From Chrysochromulina tobinii (Eukaryota), in contig JWZX01002202.1 in the NCBI GenBank assembly GCA_001275005.1, positions 1 through 40,468 of the forward strand: 40,468 nucleotides of DNA, read 5' to 3'. This document shows, in pieces, positions 30,501-40,392 of this stretch. The notes under the pieces are model-generated. The model searched no databases, was not told where the DNA came from, and saw only the letters and a program-made list of their open reading frames with translations. The translations under genes and the position numbers were made by a program. Each line of letters starts with the position of its first letter. The stretch's first letter is position 1.

Positions 30501-30712
30501 GGCACCGCGTAGCGCCCGCAAGGGTCTAGCGTACACGCGTCCACCACGCAAAGTTGTGATTGTGGGGACATTCAAAAATTGCATTCCCAACCTGCGAAAT
30601 TAAGAATTCGTGTTCAAGGAGACGGTAGTGATGGAAGAAACGACCGCATATTCATATGTCTTGAGTACAAACATTCGTCCTCTCCGCTGCGACTCCGCCG
30701 GTCTTGGTCCGA

Positions 30713-31530
30713 ATGCGACTTGTGCTCGTCGCTCTGCTCGCTTGCGTCCACACGCGTGCATCGCCGCTCACTAAGTCGGCGGCCAGCTTTAAGGCATGCG
30801 CCGTAGGGAAGGGTGACGTTGACGTGTCGGCCTTCGCCGACGCGACGCTGGCTTATTGCGCGCTCCTGCGCCGTTTTGGCGTCTTCACGGCAGGATCCAT
30901 TCGGCAGGTGCTCCTTTGCATCGACAAAGTTGAAGGTGCGAGGCCGGTCTCGAATCGCCCGAAGCACAAGAAGGCCTCCTTGGTTGCTCACTGGCGGCGC
31001 CCGTTGCTCACGCAGAGGCGAGGAAATCCCTCATCGGTGCTGCATCCAAAGGCAGTCGCTCCAAGATGCGCAAGATGACGCGATCGATGCGTGCGCTGCT
31101 CGAATCCGAGCTTGAGAAGGCGATCCACGGCAAGGGTGGCCTCCTCGCCGACCCATCAGCTGCAATGGGCCTCCTCTGGGTGCGCCGCGGGCTCATGTTC
31201 TGGGCGCGTCTGTTCGATCTCGAGGCCAGGCGCCTGATGGACAACCACTTCAGATTGGGTGAGCCAGGGACATTTATGGCGCAGACCACCCTCGCCTACG
31301 ATAAGGAGATCTCGGACTTCCACGGGTGGGTCGCTCGCAAGGCCTTCTTGATGTCGGTGCGTGCGGCACCTGAGTGGGACGTATTGTGCGAGCGCGCGGG
31401 CCTGCCGTCTGATGGAAAGCAGCTGGCCGAGGAACTTCGCTCTTGGGCGAAAGTGCTCGATGGCCTCGACAAGCGTATGCGCACGCTGCACACCAAGTAC
31501 GACTTGGACGACAGGCGTCGCACCATTTAA
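30713..31530 (+). CDS. Glycolipid transfer protein (GLTP)-domain protein with signal-peptide-like leader (~245 aa); exons 30713-30935, 31016-31530
   Basis: SAAMGLLWVRRGLMFW and AYDKEISDFHGWVARKAF are GLTP signatures. Phase-1 GT-AG intron at 30936-31015. Confidence 0.85.
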
Positions 31531-31742
31531 GTGTGCCTTTTTTTAAGCGGATTTGGTGGGTACCGCGCCACGTTCGTAGAAAGCATTGTATGCACAGGCG
31601 ATCTTGACGCGGGAGACAGCTGTCGCACTGCGCCCGCCCCGCCCCGCTATCGATCTACCAAAAACACAATTGCTAAAACACACTACAACGGCAGCGCCCA
31701 CGCCGCAGAGAGCCCAGAGACAGCGCGAACAGGTGGGTTCTT

Positions 31743-32516
31743 ATGCCTCGCACGTTGACAATACGCAACAGGCGTCACCGGACCGGCACCGCCCGGCGCC
31801 CCGCCCGGTCGACGTTCACAGCACTGGTTCAAAAACGTTCACACGTTCAACCTCGAGAAGCAATGCGACACTCAAAATTGCCGTCACTACCGAGCGGCGC
31901 AAATCTCCACGTTGTGACGCCTGGCTGGGCCGGTAATCTTGGTACAGGCGGCCGAGTGTGGCCTGGTGCAGCCGCAATGTGTCAGCTGCTCGTATCCATG
32001 CAACCAGAACTGCAAGGGAGTAGCGTCCTCGAGCTCGGTGCAGGTGCTGGGGCCGTCGGCATTTTTGCCGCCGCGCTCGGTGCCTCCCGAGTATTGCTGA
32101 CTGATGGTGGTGAGGGCGAGACTGCGCTGGCAAAACTGAACGCGCGAAGGCACTCGCACCTCTACCGCGGCGCCACGGTCGATGCTCACAAATACCTGTG
32201 GGGCGAGCCTTTGGCGGGACTGATGGCTGGTGACAAGCACTTTGACTTCGTGCTGGGTGCGGACATCACATACTCACTGCCGTTGCTACCGCCACTGTGC
32301 GACACTCTCGCTGAGCTCAGAGAGCGCCACAGAGAGCGCCACAGTAGCAGTGAGGGTCCAATCATGCTCCTCTCCCACCAGGTGAACCGCCACGGAGAGC
32401 GCGAGCTGCCGCGCATTCTGTCTCTGGTTGCGGCTGGGCGCGGGTTGGACGTCCGCCCTTTGGATGCAGTTGCGAGCGTCTCAATACCCAATGTGGTGTT
32501 CTATTCGGTCACATGA
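31743..32516 (+). CDS. METTL21/EEF1AKMT-like class I lysine methyltransferase (Methyltransf_16)
   Basis: GTGGRVWPGA, VLELGAGAGAVG, VLLTD and FDFVLGADITY (DxxY). Start at 31743 or 31863. Confidence 0.88.
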   Translation: MPRTLTIRNRRHRTGTARRPARSTFTALVQKRSHVQPREAMRHSKLPSLPSGANLHVVTPGWAGNLGTGGRVWPGAAAMCQLLVSMQPELQGSSVLELGAGAGAVGIFAAALGASRVLLTDGGEGETALAKLNARRHSHLYRGATVDAHKYLWGEPLAGLMAGDKHFDFVLGADITYSLPLLPPLCDTLAELRERHRERHSSSEGPIMLLSHQVNRHGERELPRILSLVAAGRGLDVRPLDAVASVSIPNVVFYSVT

Positions 32517-32970
32517 AGACACATTGCGTGTACATGTGTGGAGTCTCTCGTAACGGTTCCGAGCGGTCGTCCGACGGCGTCGGCGACGCGTCCCGACCGT
32601 CGCTCCCGCGTCCCGGACGTACGGCGACGCGGGATCGCGGGAGCCGGGACTGCATGTTTACTGCATGTGTGAGGTGAAGTCCTGAAAAGGTGTTACGACG
32701 TCGAAACGACGTCTTACGTCTGTGTGCGTCGGTCGACGTCAACCCCGGCTACGGGGGCCGCGCGCGTCGCGCGGTGCCCCCGACCGGACCCGCGCCGGGC
32801 TGAGCGGAGTGCCGGTGCCCGGTCGTGTGTTTCACGCAGTAGTAACAGTTGAGTGCGAGGAGCGGCGCTGGACGGCCTTCTCACTGAGTGCAACACCGGC
32901 CCTACACCGGCCCCACCGCCGAGGTGCCACCTGACTCTTATGTCACCTAAGGTAGGTCCGCGAGCGCGAC

Positions 32971-35111
32971 TCAGACGACGTCGCCGGCAAAGTCCTTGGT
33001 GATCGAGATCGAGCCCGCCTTGCCCTCGCGCATCAGCCGCTTCTTCTTCGCGTAGTAGGCGGCATGCAAGTCACCCTGGCTCCGCGCGTTGAACGTGAGG
33101 TAAGCTGAGCGGCGCCAGGTGTTCGTGTGGTTCGGAGCGGAGCGGTGGGGCAGGTACGAGTCGAACAGCACCTGCGAGGGAGCCATCAGTGGCCATCAGC
33201 GGCCATCAGTGGCTCAGCGATCATCTGTGGCCATCACCATGTCGCCCGGCACGGCGAGAACAGGCTCGAAGACCATCGCAGCCTCGACCTCGGGCGAGAT
33301 CACGCCATGCTGATTGGGCAAGATGCCCTCGCTGTGTCGGCCAGGTGCGATCTCAAGCGGTCCATTCTCGAGGGTCGCCGAGTCGACGGCAATCGAGACG
33401 GAGATATGTCGAGATGCGAGCTCGTCCGTCGCGTACGCCGTCGCATCCTGGAGCAAGTCAAGTCAAGTCAAGTCAAGTCAAGTCAAGTCAAGTCATCCTG
33501 GAACAGATCGAAGCCGGCCCATCAGAGAGACAATCAGATGCAATCCATGGCAATCAAGCGACTGACAGGCACCTGATGCAGAAGGAAGCCGCCGCCGCCC
33601 GGACCCTTGTAGTTCACCTTATCCTTGAAGAGCACCGCCGGCTCTCCAAATGCTTGGCTCACACAGTCCTGCACGATGCCGAAGCACAGCTCTGCCCACG
33701 CGGGCTTGTGATAGCAAAAGTTCTCGACGCGGCAGATGCGAACCGCGCCGTCGTGGGCGGATCGCTCGTGGTGTACCATCCAAGGGTGCTCGCCCGACTC
33801 GGCGCTGTGGCCCGTTGGCAACGAAGTGAGATCGTCTGCCATGGCCGAGAGCCGCGCAGCCACCTGATGAGGGACGCCATCAGATGATGCAATCGGGCGC
33901 ACTCAGTCACGTCGGGGGAGACCAAGAGGCGATCCTGAGTAATCTCAGCTCATCAGTCGGGGGAGACCAAGAGGCGATCCTGAGTAATCTCAGCTCATCA
34001 GTCGGGGGAGACCAAGAGGCGATCCTGAGTAATCTCAGCTCATCAGTCGGGGGAGACCAAGAGGCGATCCTGAGTAATCTCAGCTCATCACTGCTCATCG
34101 GTGGCCATCACCTCGACAGGGAGGATGCCACGCAGTGCGAGCGATCCATCTTTAGCCCACGCGCGCCGCTGCTCGTCGGAGAGGACGTAACTGTGCGCGT
34201 ACGCACTCATCGGGTACCGCTCCCCTCCCCTCCCCGCCGCTGCCGTGCCGCCGCCGCCACCTGCTGCTCCGCTCTCGAGACGCTCGGCGATGCCCTTCAA
34301 TAGTACGGCCTTGAGCTCGTCTCGGAACGCCGTGATGAGCAGGTTGGTGGGTGGTGTCCTCTTGGCGGCCTCGTCGTACCTGATGAGGGGCACGTTCACA
34401 CGCACTCAGTGGCTATGAGGCGCAATCAGGCGCAATCAGGCGCAATCAGGCGCAATCAGACGCATTGGTCATCGTACGTCCGCATGCGAAGCACAGTTGG
34501 CCACAACGGCTCCGCCTCCACGGCGAGGCACCTGCGCAAGAGGACCCGATAGGAGCCGCCATCATCGTCAGAGCGAGGGCGTGCGCAGGAGCGCGCGTTC
34601 TATCACTGTGAACTGCGTACTCGGCCTCTGTGAACGGTCCGCCCTGATGGCGTAGCGTCGTCTTGCTAGCGTCGCTCAGCTGAAGGTAGTAGTCGGGCTC
34701 GCGCGCGCACCGGTAGCGCTTGGCGTTGACGTGCTGGTGCACCAGGTACGCCACCGACTCGGGGAAGCCCAGCGCGCCGAGGAAGCGCGCGCCGACGCCC
34801 TCGTGGTCAACCGTGCCGCAGCCGTCCATCGCTGGCTCGAAGCCAGCCTCAAAGCCACACAGGTGGCCGATGTCGTGCAGCAGGCAGGCGACCTGCGCTT
34901 CGGCACTCTCGCACGCCTCGCGCGCGACCAAGAAGGCCTGAACCGAGTGCTCTGTGGTCGAGACCGGCTCGCCGATGTAGTCGGCGTCGCCATGCTTTTC
35001 GTAGATCGAGAAGATGCGAGCGAGCGAGGTCTCGGCGATGTGCTCAACGAGCCCCAAGTCGACACGGCTGGCGACCGCGGTTGGCACGGCTCTGGCGCTG
35101 CCGGCAGCCAT
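32971..35111 (-). CDS. phnZ-phnY: Fused PhnZ-like HD di-iron oxygenase plus PhnY*-like (PhyH family) Fe/2OG dioxygenase, ~504 aa; exons 35111-34621, 34531-34478, 34379-34112, 33863-33573, 33447-33238, 33171-32971
   Basis: N-half: YIGEPVSTTEHSVQA, LLHDIGH, DHEGVGA, QHVNAKRY, LSDASKTTLRHQGGP, LRMRTYDEAAK. C-half: RVENF, LFKDKVNYKGPGGGGFLLHQD, ATLENGPLE, PGDMVLFDSYLPHRSAPN, RRSAYLTFN. Five GT-AG introns give 1515 nt of continuous frame. Confidence 0.85.
33455..33494. repeat. (TTGAC)n microsatellite in intron 4 of the phnZ-phnY gene
   Basis: About 8 AAGTC units on the plus strand. Confidence 0.95.
33911..34090. repeat. 45-bp perfect tandem repeat x4 in intron 3 of the phnZ-phnY gene
   Basis: GTCGGGGGAGACCAAGAGGCGATCCTGAGTAATCTCAGCTCATCA at 33911, 33956, 34001 and 34046. 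Contains the hairpin CTGAG-taat-CTCAG. Confidence 0.97.
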
Positions 35112-35627
35112 GGCGGCACTGGCCCTGGTCCTCCGGTGTGCGAGAGAGAGTGGATTCAGAAGCCGACGGTACTTGCCGATAAACATTGAGGAGACAAAGG
35201 GGCCGCGCGGAGCAAAGACGCGGAGCCGCCGAGGGCTCCACCCCCGTCATTCACACCTCGTATGCACAGACCGCTTCTTCTCTGCTGCACCCGCTCACAG
35301 ACACGGTTCAGAGCATATTCACACCTCTATGTCGAGTTTCTTACTGTTCTCTGTTGTGCCTTCGTTGCATGGGGCTGTGAAAAATAGGTGAAAAATGGAG
35401 AACACTTGTCAATAGACGGACAAGGCCGAGGGCCATCTGTGTTAAATGATTTGAAACGTTGCAGGGAAAATTGCGATATTTGTTGCCATTTTGCCGTCTC
35501 TCGGCGCTCGGACGCGGTTTCGGTCCGCGCCGTGCATGCATTGTGTTTTAAAGCATTGTGCTTTGTGCCCGCGCCGCGCGCTCTGACCAGTGCCGCGCCG
35601 TCGCCGCGAAGGCGATTCGTATTCGTA

Positions 35628-36959
35628 TCACTCGCAACGCCGCCTTCGGAGCCGGCGCGTCCAACTCTCCTCGGTGCAGCACTTGGAGCACTCACAGTCA
35701 AAGCCGTATGCGCGCAGGCTCGCGCGTCGCTTGCGGAATCCCGAGCGCTCGTTCTCGTCAATGTACGAGATCGTGATCTCCTCGCCGCACGCGATCGCGC
35801 GACGAGCGAGCAGCGTCGCCTCCGACGTGACCCCAAGCCAGTTCACCTCCGCATTGGGGCGGCAGTCGTGGTTCAAGCATGCGATTCGAGGGTACAAGGC
35901 GGTGGAGAGCGCCGCGGGGATAGAGCTCGGAAGCATCTCGAGCAGGGCATCGATCACAGCGCTCGCCTCCGTGCTTGTGTACTCGTTCTCCGTGATCACG
36001 CCTGGATCTGCCTCCTCCTCTTCCTCCTCCTCCTCCTCCTCCTCCTCCTCCTCCTCCTCCTCCTCCTCTTCACTCGCCAGCCGGCGCACATGGCGCAGCG
36101 CAGAGCTCCACTCGTCCACTGGATGTGAGAGCGCGACGCAGATCGCATTACGCCGCGCCGCGCCCAGCAGGCCACCCCACACCTCCAAATCTAGCCACGC
36201 GCGCACTCCCGCACCGCCGCCACCACGCGCACGTACACCACCACGCGCCTCCGCAGCCTCCGTCGCGCATAACAACAACCTGAGGGACTCTTCGGCAGCC
36301 TGCTTCGCCACGCGGCCATCTGCCCTTGCTTGGAGCGCACCCTCATCCGAGATCGCCCACCAGGGCGCACGGCAGAAGGCATCGTACGGCTCGCGCGCCG
36401 CATCGAGGCACTTCTTGCACAACGAGGGCGCGGCGTTGGCGCCCGATCGAGCCACGCAGCAGCGCCGCTCGCGAGCATGTTGGTGAGCGCGGGCGTGTAT
36501 GGAGGCCACGATGCGTGCGCCGAAGAGAAAGACCTCGTACGTTCGCAATGCATGCTTCTCGAAGCGTTGGATCGCCGACTTAGCCAACGCTGGGCACAGC
36601 AACCTGTGTGCCTCAGCCTCCTCCTCGCATTCGGCGCTGCAGAAACAAGCGGCGCAGCTGTAGCGGCATGGTACATTGCTAGCCAGCTCGTCCTCGACGA
36701 GATGTTCCGATGCTGCCGGCAGCGATCGCCTCTTGCTAAGGTGCCGAAGCTGCAGGGCCATCGTGCCGACCGGCCGGCAACACTGCTCGCAGGCGACGAG
36801 CACCGCGAGGGTCTCGGGCAAAGCCATGGAGACGAGCGGGTGATCAACGAGCAGCTCCTCGCCAGCTGCGATGTCGCGAGCCGCGAAGGCTGCGCGGCCT
36901 TTTCTCGGACACCGGCGGAAGTCGAGAGGAGAAGACAGACCCTGAGACAGACACTGCAT
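35628..36959 (-). CDS. SMYD-type SET/MYND lysine methyltransferase
   Basis: KGRAAFAARDIAAGEELL, Cys-rich CEQC...CRYSCAACFCSAEC...HRLLC, ALYPRIACLNHDCRPN, GEEITISYID and YGFDCECSKC, with a poly-E insertion. The 5' end is uncertain (possible upstream intron with TTGAC repeats at 36961-36995). Confidence 0.88.
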   Translation of the reverse strand: MQCLSQGLSSPLDFRRCPRKGRAAFAARDIAAGEELLVDHPLVSMALPETLAVLVACEQCCRPVGTMALQLRHLSKRRSLPAASEHLVEDELASNVPCRYSCAACFCSAECEEEAEAHRLLCPALAKSAIQRFEKHALRTYEVFLFGARIVASIHARAHQHARERRCCVARSGANAAPSLCKKCLDAAREPYDAFCRAPWWAISDEGALQARADGRVAKQAAEESLRLLLCATEAAEARGGVRARGGGGAGVRAWLDLEVWGGLLGAARRNAICVALSHPVDEWSSALRHVRRLASEEEEEEEEEEEEEEEEEEEEADPGVITENEYTSTEASAVIDALLEMLPSSIPAALSTALYPRIACLNHDCRPNAEVNWLGVTSEATLLARRAIACGEEITISYIDENERSGFRKRRASLRAYGFDCECSKCCTEESWTRRLRRRRCE

Positions 36960-37313
36960 AGTCAAGTCACAAATCAGTCAAGTCAAGTCAAGTCCGTCAC
37001 CGGTACTGTACATGTACCCGGTTTCCCGCCCACTCCCTTCTCCCTCTGTAAAGTGTAAACGTGATATTTGTGTTTGCCTTTTGGCATTTGACTTGCGGTT
37101 GAGCTTGAAACCGGACTAGTTAGCTTTTGACCCCACGTTCCCACACGAAACCGGAGCTCCATACCGGGTATGTGCGTCTCGAGAATAAGCTCATACAAGT
37201 TCACCTCATATAAATATTCAATGGCTGACGTCAGTCCTCTCACACGGGTCAAGAGACGCCGCACAAACGATGTAAACGTGTTCTATACGTATAGTACGTC
37301 ATATGCAAGGCGT

Positions 37314-38308
37314 CTATGTTGTGCGCGGGCTTGCTGCTGGCTTTGTTGGCAGTGCTGGCTCGCCATTCGGCCCCACCGTGTGAAAGGGCTCCTCAGCTTC
37401 TGTGCGCACGATGTCGGCGTCCGCGCGCACGATGTCGCGCTTGGCGTCGCCTGCGAGGGTGGAGAGGATAATCTTCCACACGAGGCCGAAGACCGCAACC
37501 CACGTGACTTGGAGCTCCTCGGGCACGAACTCGAACTGCACTATCTGGACCGGCAGCCAGAACTGCAGGTTGCGCCGTATGAGCGGCAGCCAGTTCTCTC
37601 TGGCACGCGCCACGGTCTCATCGACGGTCAGCCCTTGCACGAGGCCAGTGAGAGCAAAGAAGAGCGGATAGTAGACCAGCGGAACGACCTGATCGAGGCA
37701 GTGGTGCTTCGGTCAGGGACGCTGGCACAGGGGAGAGGTGCTCGCCAGGCCATCGTGTGAATGGGGCAATGTGAGGGCAGCAAGGGCGTCAAGGGCATGG
37801 GTGTGAAGATGCCCATGGTGTGAAGGGAGCGGTGTCCCAAGGCTGGGAGGCGCACCACGAGCTGGTTGGCAAAAGTCCTCTCCAACGCAGCGAGCAGCCC
37901 GACGTTGCCGTCAGGGAGGATCCTCAGGAGCAGCTCGCCGTGGAAGGCATCGTTGATCAAGGGGAAGAGGAAATGCTGGAAGCCGCCTCGATAGATCGCG
38001 TCGAACAGACCGAAGCTCACTCCGCGCTTAGTGTCGTAGGGACCCTTCTCGATGAGCTGCTGCGCTATCAGATCCCCGGTCATCGCTAGGGTTGCTGCGG
38101 TGACGACCTTGGTCCCAATCGGATGGGAGTTGAGCGAATCCATGTAAAAGCTCCCGAACTCCAGCAGTGGTGCAGGGAAGACCTCCAGCAGCATGTGCGG
38201 CGCCGCCGTGCGCGAAGCATGCAGCGCCCCGCACGCATGCCGTAGGAGCGGCGCCGTCGAGACTATCTGATAGGCTCTCGCCGACACGAGCAGCAGCAGC
38301 AGCAGCAT
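37314..38308 (-). CDS. Mpv17/PMP22 family membrane protein with N-terminal targeting leader (~275 aa); exons 38308-37856, 37688-37314
   Basis: YMDSLNSHPIGTKVVTAATLAMTGDLIAQ, NQLVVVPLVYYPLFF, NLQFWLPVQIVQFEFVP and GLVWKIILS. Phase-0 GT-AG intron. Confidence 0.9.
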
Positions 38309-38747
38309 CGTCGTCACCTTTCGGAGATTCGAGAGTGAACACAGGGCTCCCGTGAAGAGTGCGACGAAACAGAACTGACTCGGTTCAAAAACGCCGGGTG
38401 GAGTCGGGTCAAACACAGGATGCACCCGGTTCACTATCGTTCACTACTGTATAACTGGATCGGTGGAACTTCATTGCGAGCTACATTTCGTTGACGGCAC
38501 TCGCGACTCGGGGCGGCGGGCCGTGCTGGGCGCCGATAGGTACGCGTCGCGTGCCGGTGACGCGGAAGGCGGGCTGGTCTCACGCGGGCTGGTCTCTCCG
38601 CTTTCCGCGACACGAGGACGCCAAGGGCGCTGCCACGCGGAGACCGCACGCGGCGGCGAATTGCAGTTTTTGCGAAAGAGCTGACCGTGTCAGCCCCTCA
38701 ACGTAGAGCTCCATGGGCGGGTCGCCGGACATCCATTGGGCTCGCGG

Positions 38748-39674
38748 TCAGGTGCGCTTCGACTCGCCACTATGCTTGGTGCGCTTGAGCTTCACCTCGC
38801 CACTCTGCTTTGGATGATCCATTGCCTTCAGGATGGCGACAGCCTTGTCAATAGCTGGGACGGGAGCTAGGGCGCCCTTCTCTCTCAATGCTTTGAGCAT
38901 GCCTTTGTGAATGGGCCGGAACCAACTGACTGATAGGCCCCAGATCGCAAGCGTACACAGTGGGTAAGTCAGCATGCACATCTTGCGCATCGGACCGGCG
39001 TCCGGATGATGCCATGTGCTCTCGGGCGCCACGTACAAGTCGTGCGCATACAGTGCGAGCCACAGGGGAAGCGATAGCACGCGTACCACAAGGAAAAGGA
39101 AGTAGAGCAGCAAGCCGTTGACCGTCTCCGCAGTCGAGCCGCGCCCACGCTCTAAGATTAGGCCAATCTTGAGAAAGCATAGGTTGATGTTGCTCACCTC
39201 GGTGAGACCATCCCAAGCCCCCCAGAAGTGCATCGCACCCATCCAGAGGCCCATCCCGTAAGCATACACCACAATCGCATGGTGTATCATGTACACTATC
39301 GGCTTCTTGTACACGAAGAAGATGACGGCCTCATAGAGAGAACTCGCCACGTGTAGCAACATCGCGTACTCGCAAGTGGCTGAGGTGCGGAGCCAGCGAC
39401 CCTCAATGCCACTGCTCCAGAGTTCTGGCAGCGCCGCGGCGTACAGGACTGGGATTGGCGTGCAGGTCAGCAGCCACACGAACTGGATGACGAGATCATG
39501 GCGCGCTGCGGGGGCGAGCGCCCTCACGGATGCGGAGCAGCGCTGGATGCCAACATCGAGGACTGCATGTATGACCAACAGGATGAGCGCGAGCGCCACG
39601 CAAATACTAACAGAGTATGAAGCGTTCTGAATGAATATGCTGCCTTGAGATGTCGCGATCAAGGCCGCCGCCAT
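38748..39674 (-). CDS. TLC (TRAM/LAG1/CLN8) domain membrane protein
   Basis: Multi-TM protein with MIHHAIV, TEVSNINL and FLVVRV, typical of TLCD/TMEM56-like proteins. Confidence 0.82.
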   Translation of the reverse strand: MAAALIATSQGSIFIQNASYSVSICVALALILLVIHAVLDVGIQRCSASVRALAPAARHDLVIQFVWLLTCTPIPVLYAAALPELWSSGIEGRWLRTSATCEYAMLLHVASSLYEAVIFFVYKKPIVYMIHHAIVVYAYGMGLWMGAMHFWGAWDGLTEVSNINLCFLKIGLILERGRGSTAETVNGLLLYFLFLVVRVLSLPLWLALYAHDLYVAPESTWHHPDAGPMRKMCMLTYPLCTLAIWGLSVSWFRPIHKGMLKALREKGALAPVPAIDKAVAILKAMDHPKQSGEVKLKRTKHSGESKRT

Positions 39675-40392
39675 GCGACGATGCCCACGAGGACGCCCTT
39701 GCAATTGGAATTCCTGTGGAAAGTACATGCGAACTTGGTCGCGTATGTTGGTGATTGTGGTTCATCAAACTACACAGAGAAACTGAGTCCGAACAGAGAC
39801 TCCACAGGGCGGGGTGACGGGGGGGGTTCCTATCCTTTTTGGGGGGGGGTTCCTATCGTTCTACATGTATCGGTCTCGCAAAGATCACTTGATGTTCAAC
39901 GTAATGTTACCACGCAGCAATTTGTCTTGCTGGTGCTGTGGCTGAACAAATACAGCATGAAGTTTCCTGATGATGTGCTTGATCTGCTCATCGAGGCAGC
40001 TTGCTTGCGCAAAGCCGGGTGAGGCGGGGGGGCGGTGGGACGTTGACGGCGGCATCAACCGCGGGTGTTCTCGCCAGCATCTCTTTCTTTTAAAAATGTT
40101 AGAAAAATCTAAAATGCAGTGCAGGCCCGGTTTGCCCGACGCGTGTCAGGTGATACAGGTGATACAGTTTACGCCAGGCGAGGGACACGCCACCTCTACG
40201 CTCTCTAGACCTACACCGCGGCACCGTCTACACGACATGTTTACAACGACTCTTGGCTGGGCGCCTGGGGGCTGTTGCTCGCAATATTTGTTCGCACGTT
40301 CGCAACACCTTAGTGCTCACCAATCCGCGGACGCAAGTTGCCTTTACACGAATCGCGCAGTAATCGCGCAGCGCACGGAATTGAGCCCTGGC

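Noticed and set aside
33911..34090. 45-bp repeats with an internal hairpin as a CRISPR array or hammerhead ribozyme (CTGATGA on the minus strand)
   Set aside because: The units are contiguous with no unique spacers and no cas genes are present. There is no GAAA core element for a hammerhead. The array lies inside a spliceosomal intron.
22081..35111. MOT1 plus phnZ-phnY as a nutrient-acquisition cluster
   Set aside because: They are separated by four unrelated genes, and PhnY/PhnZ are iron enzymes with no molybdenum requirement.
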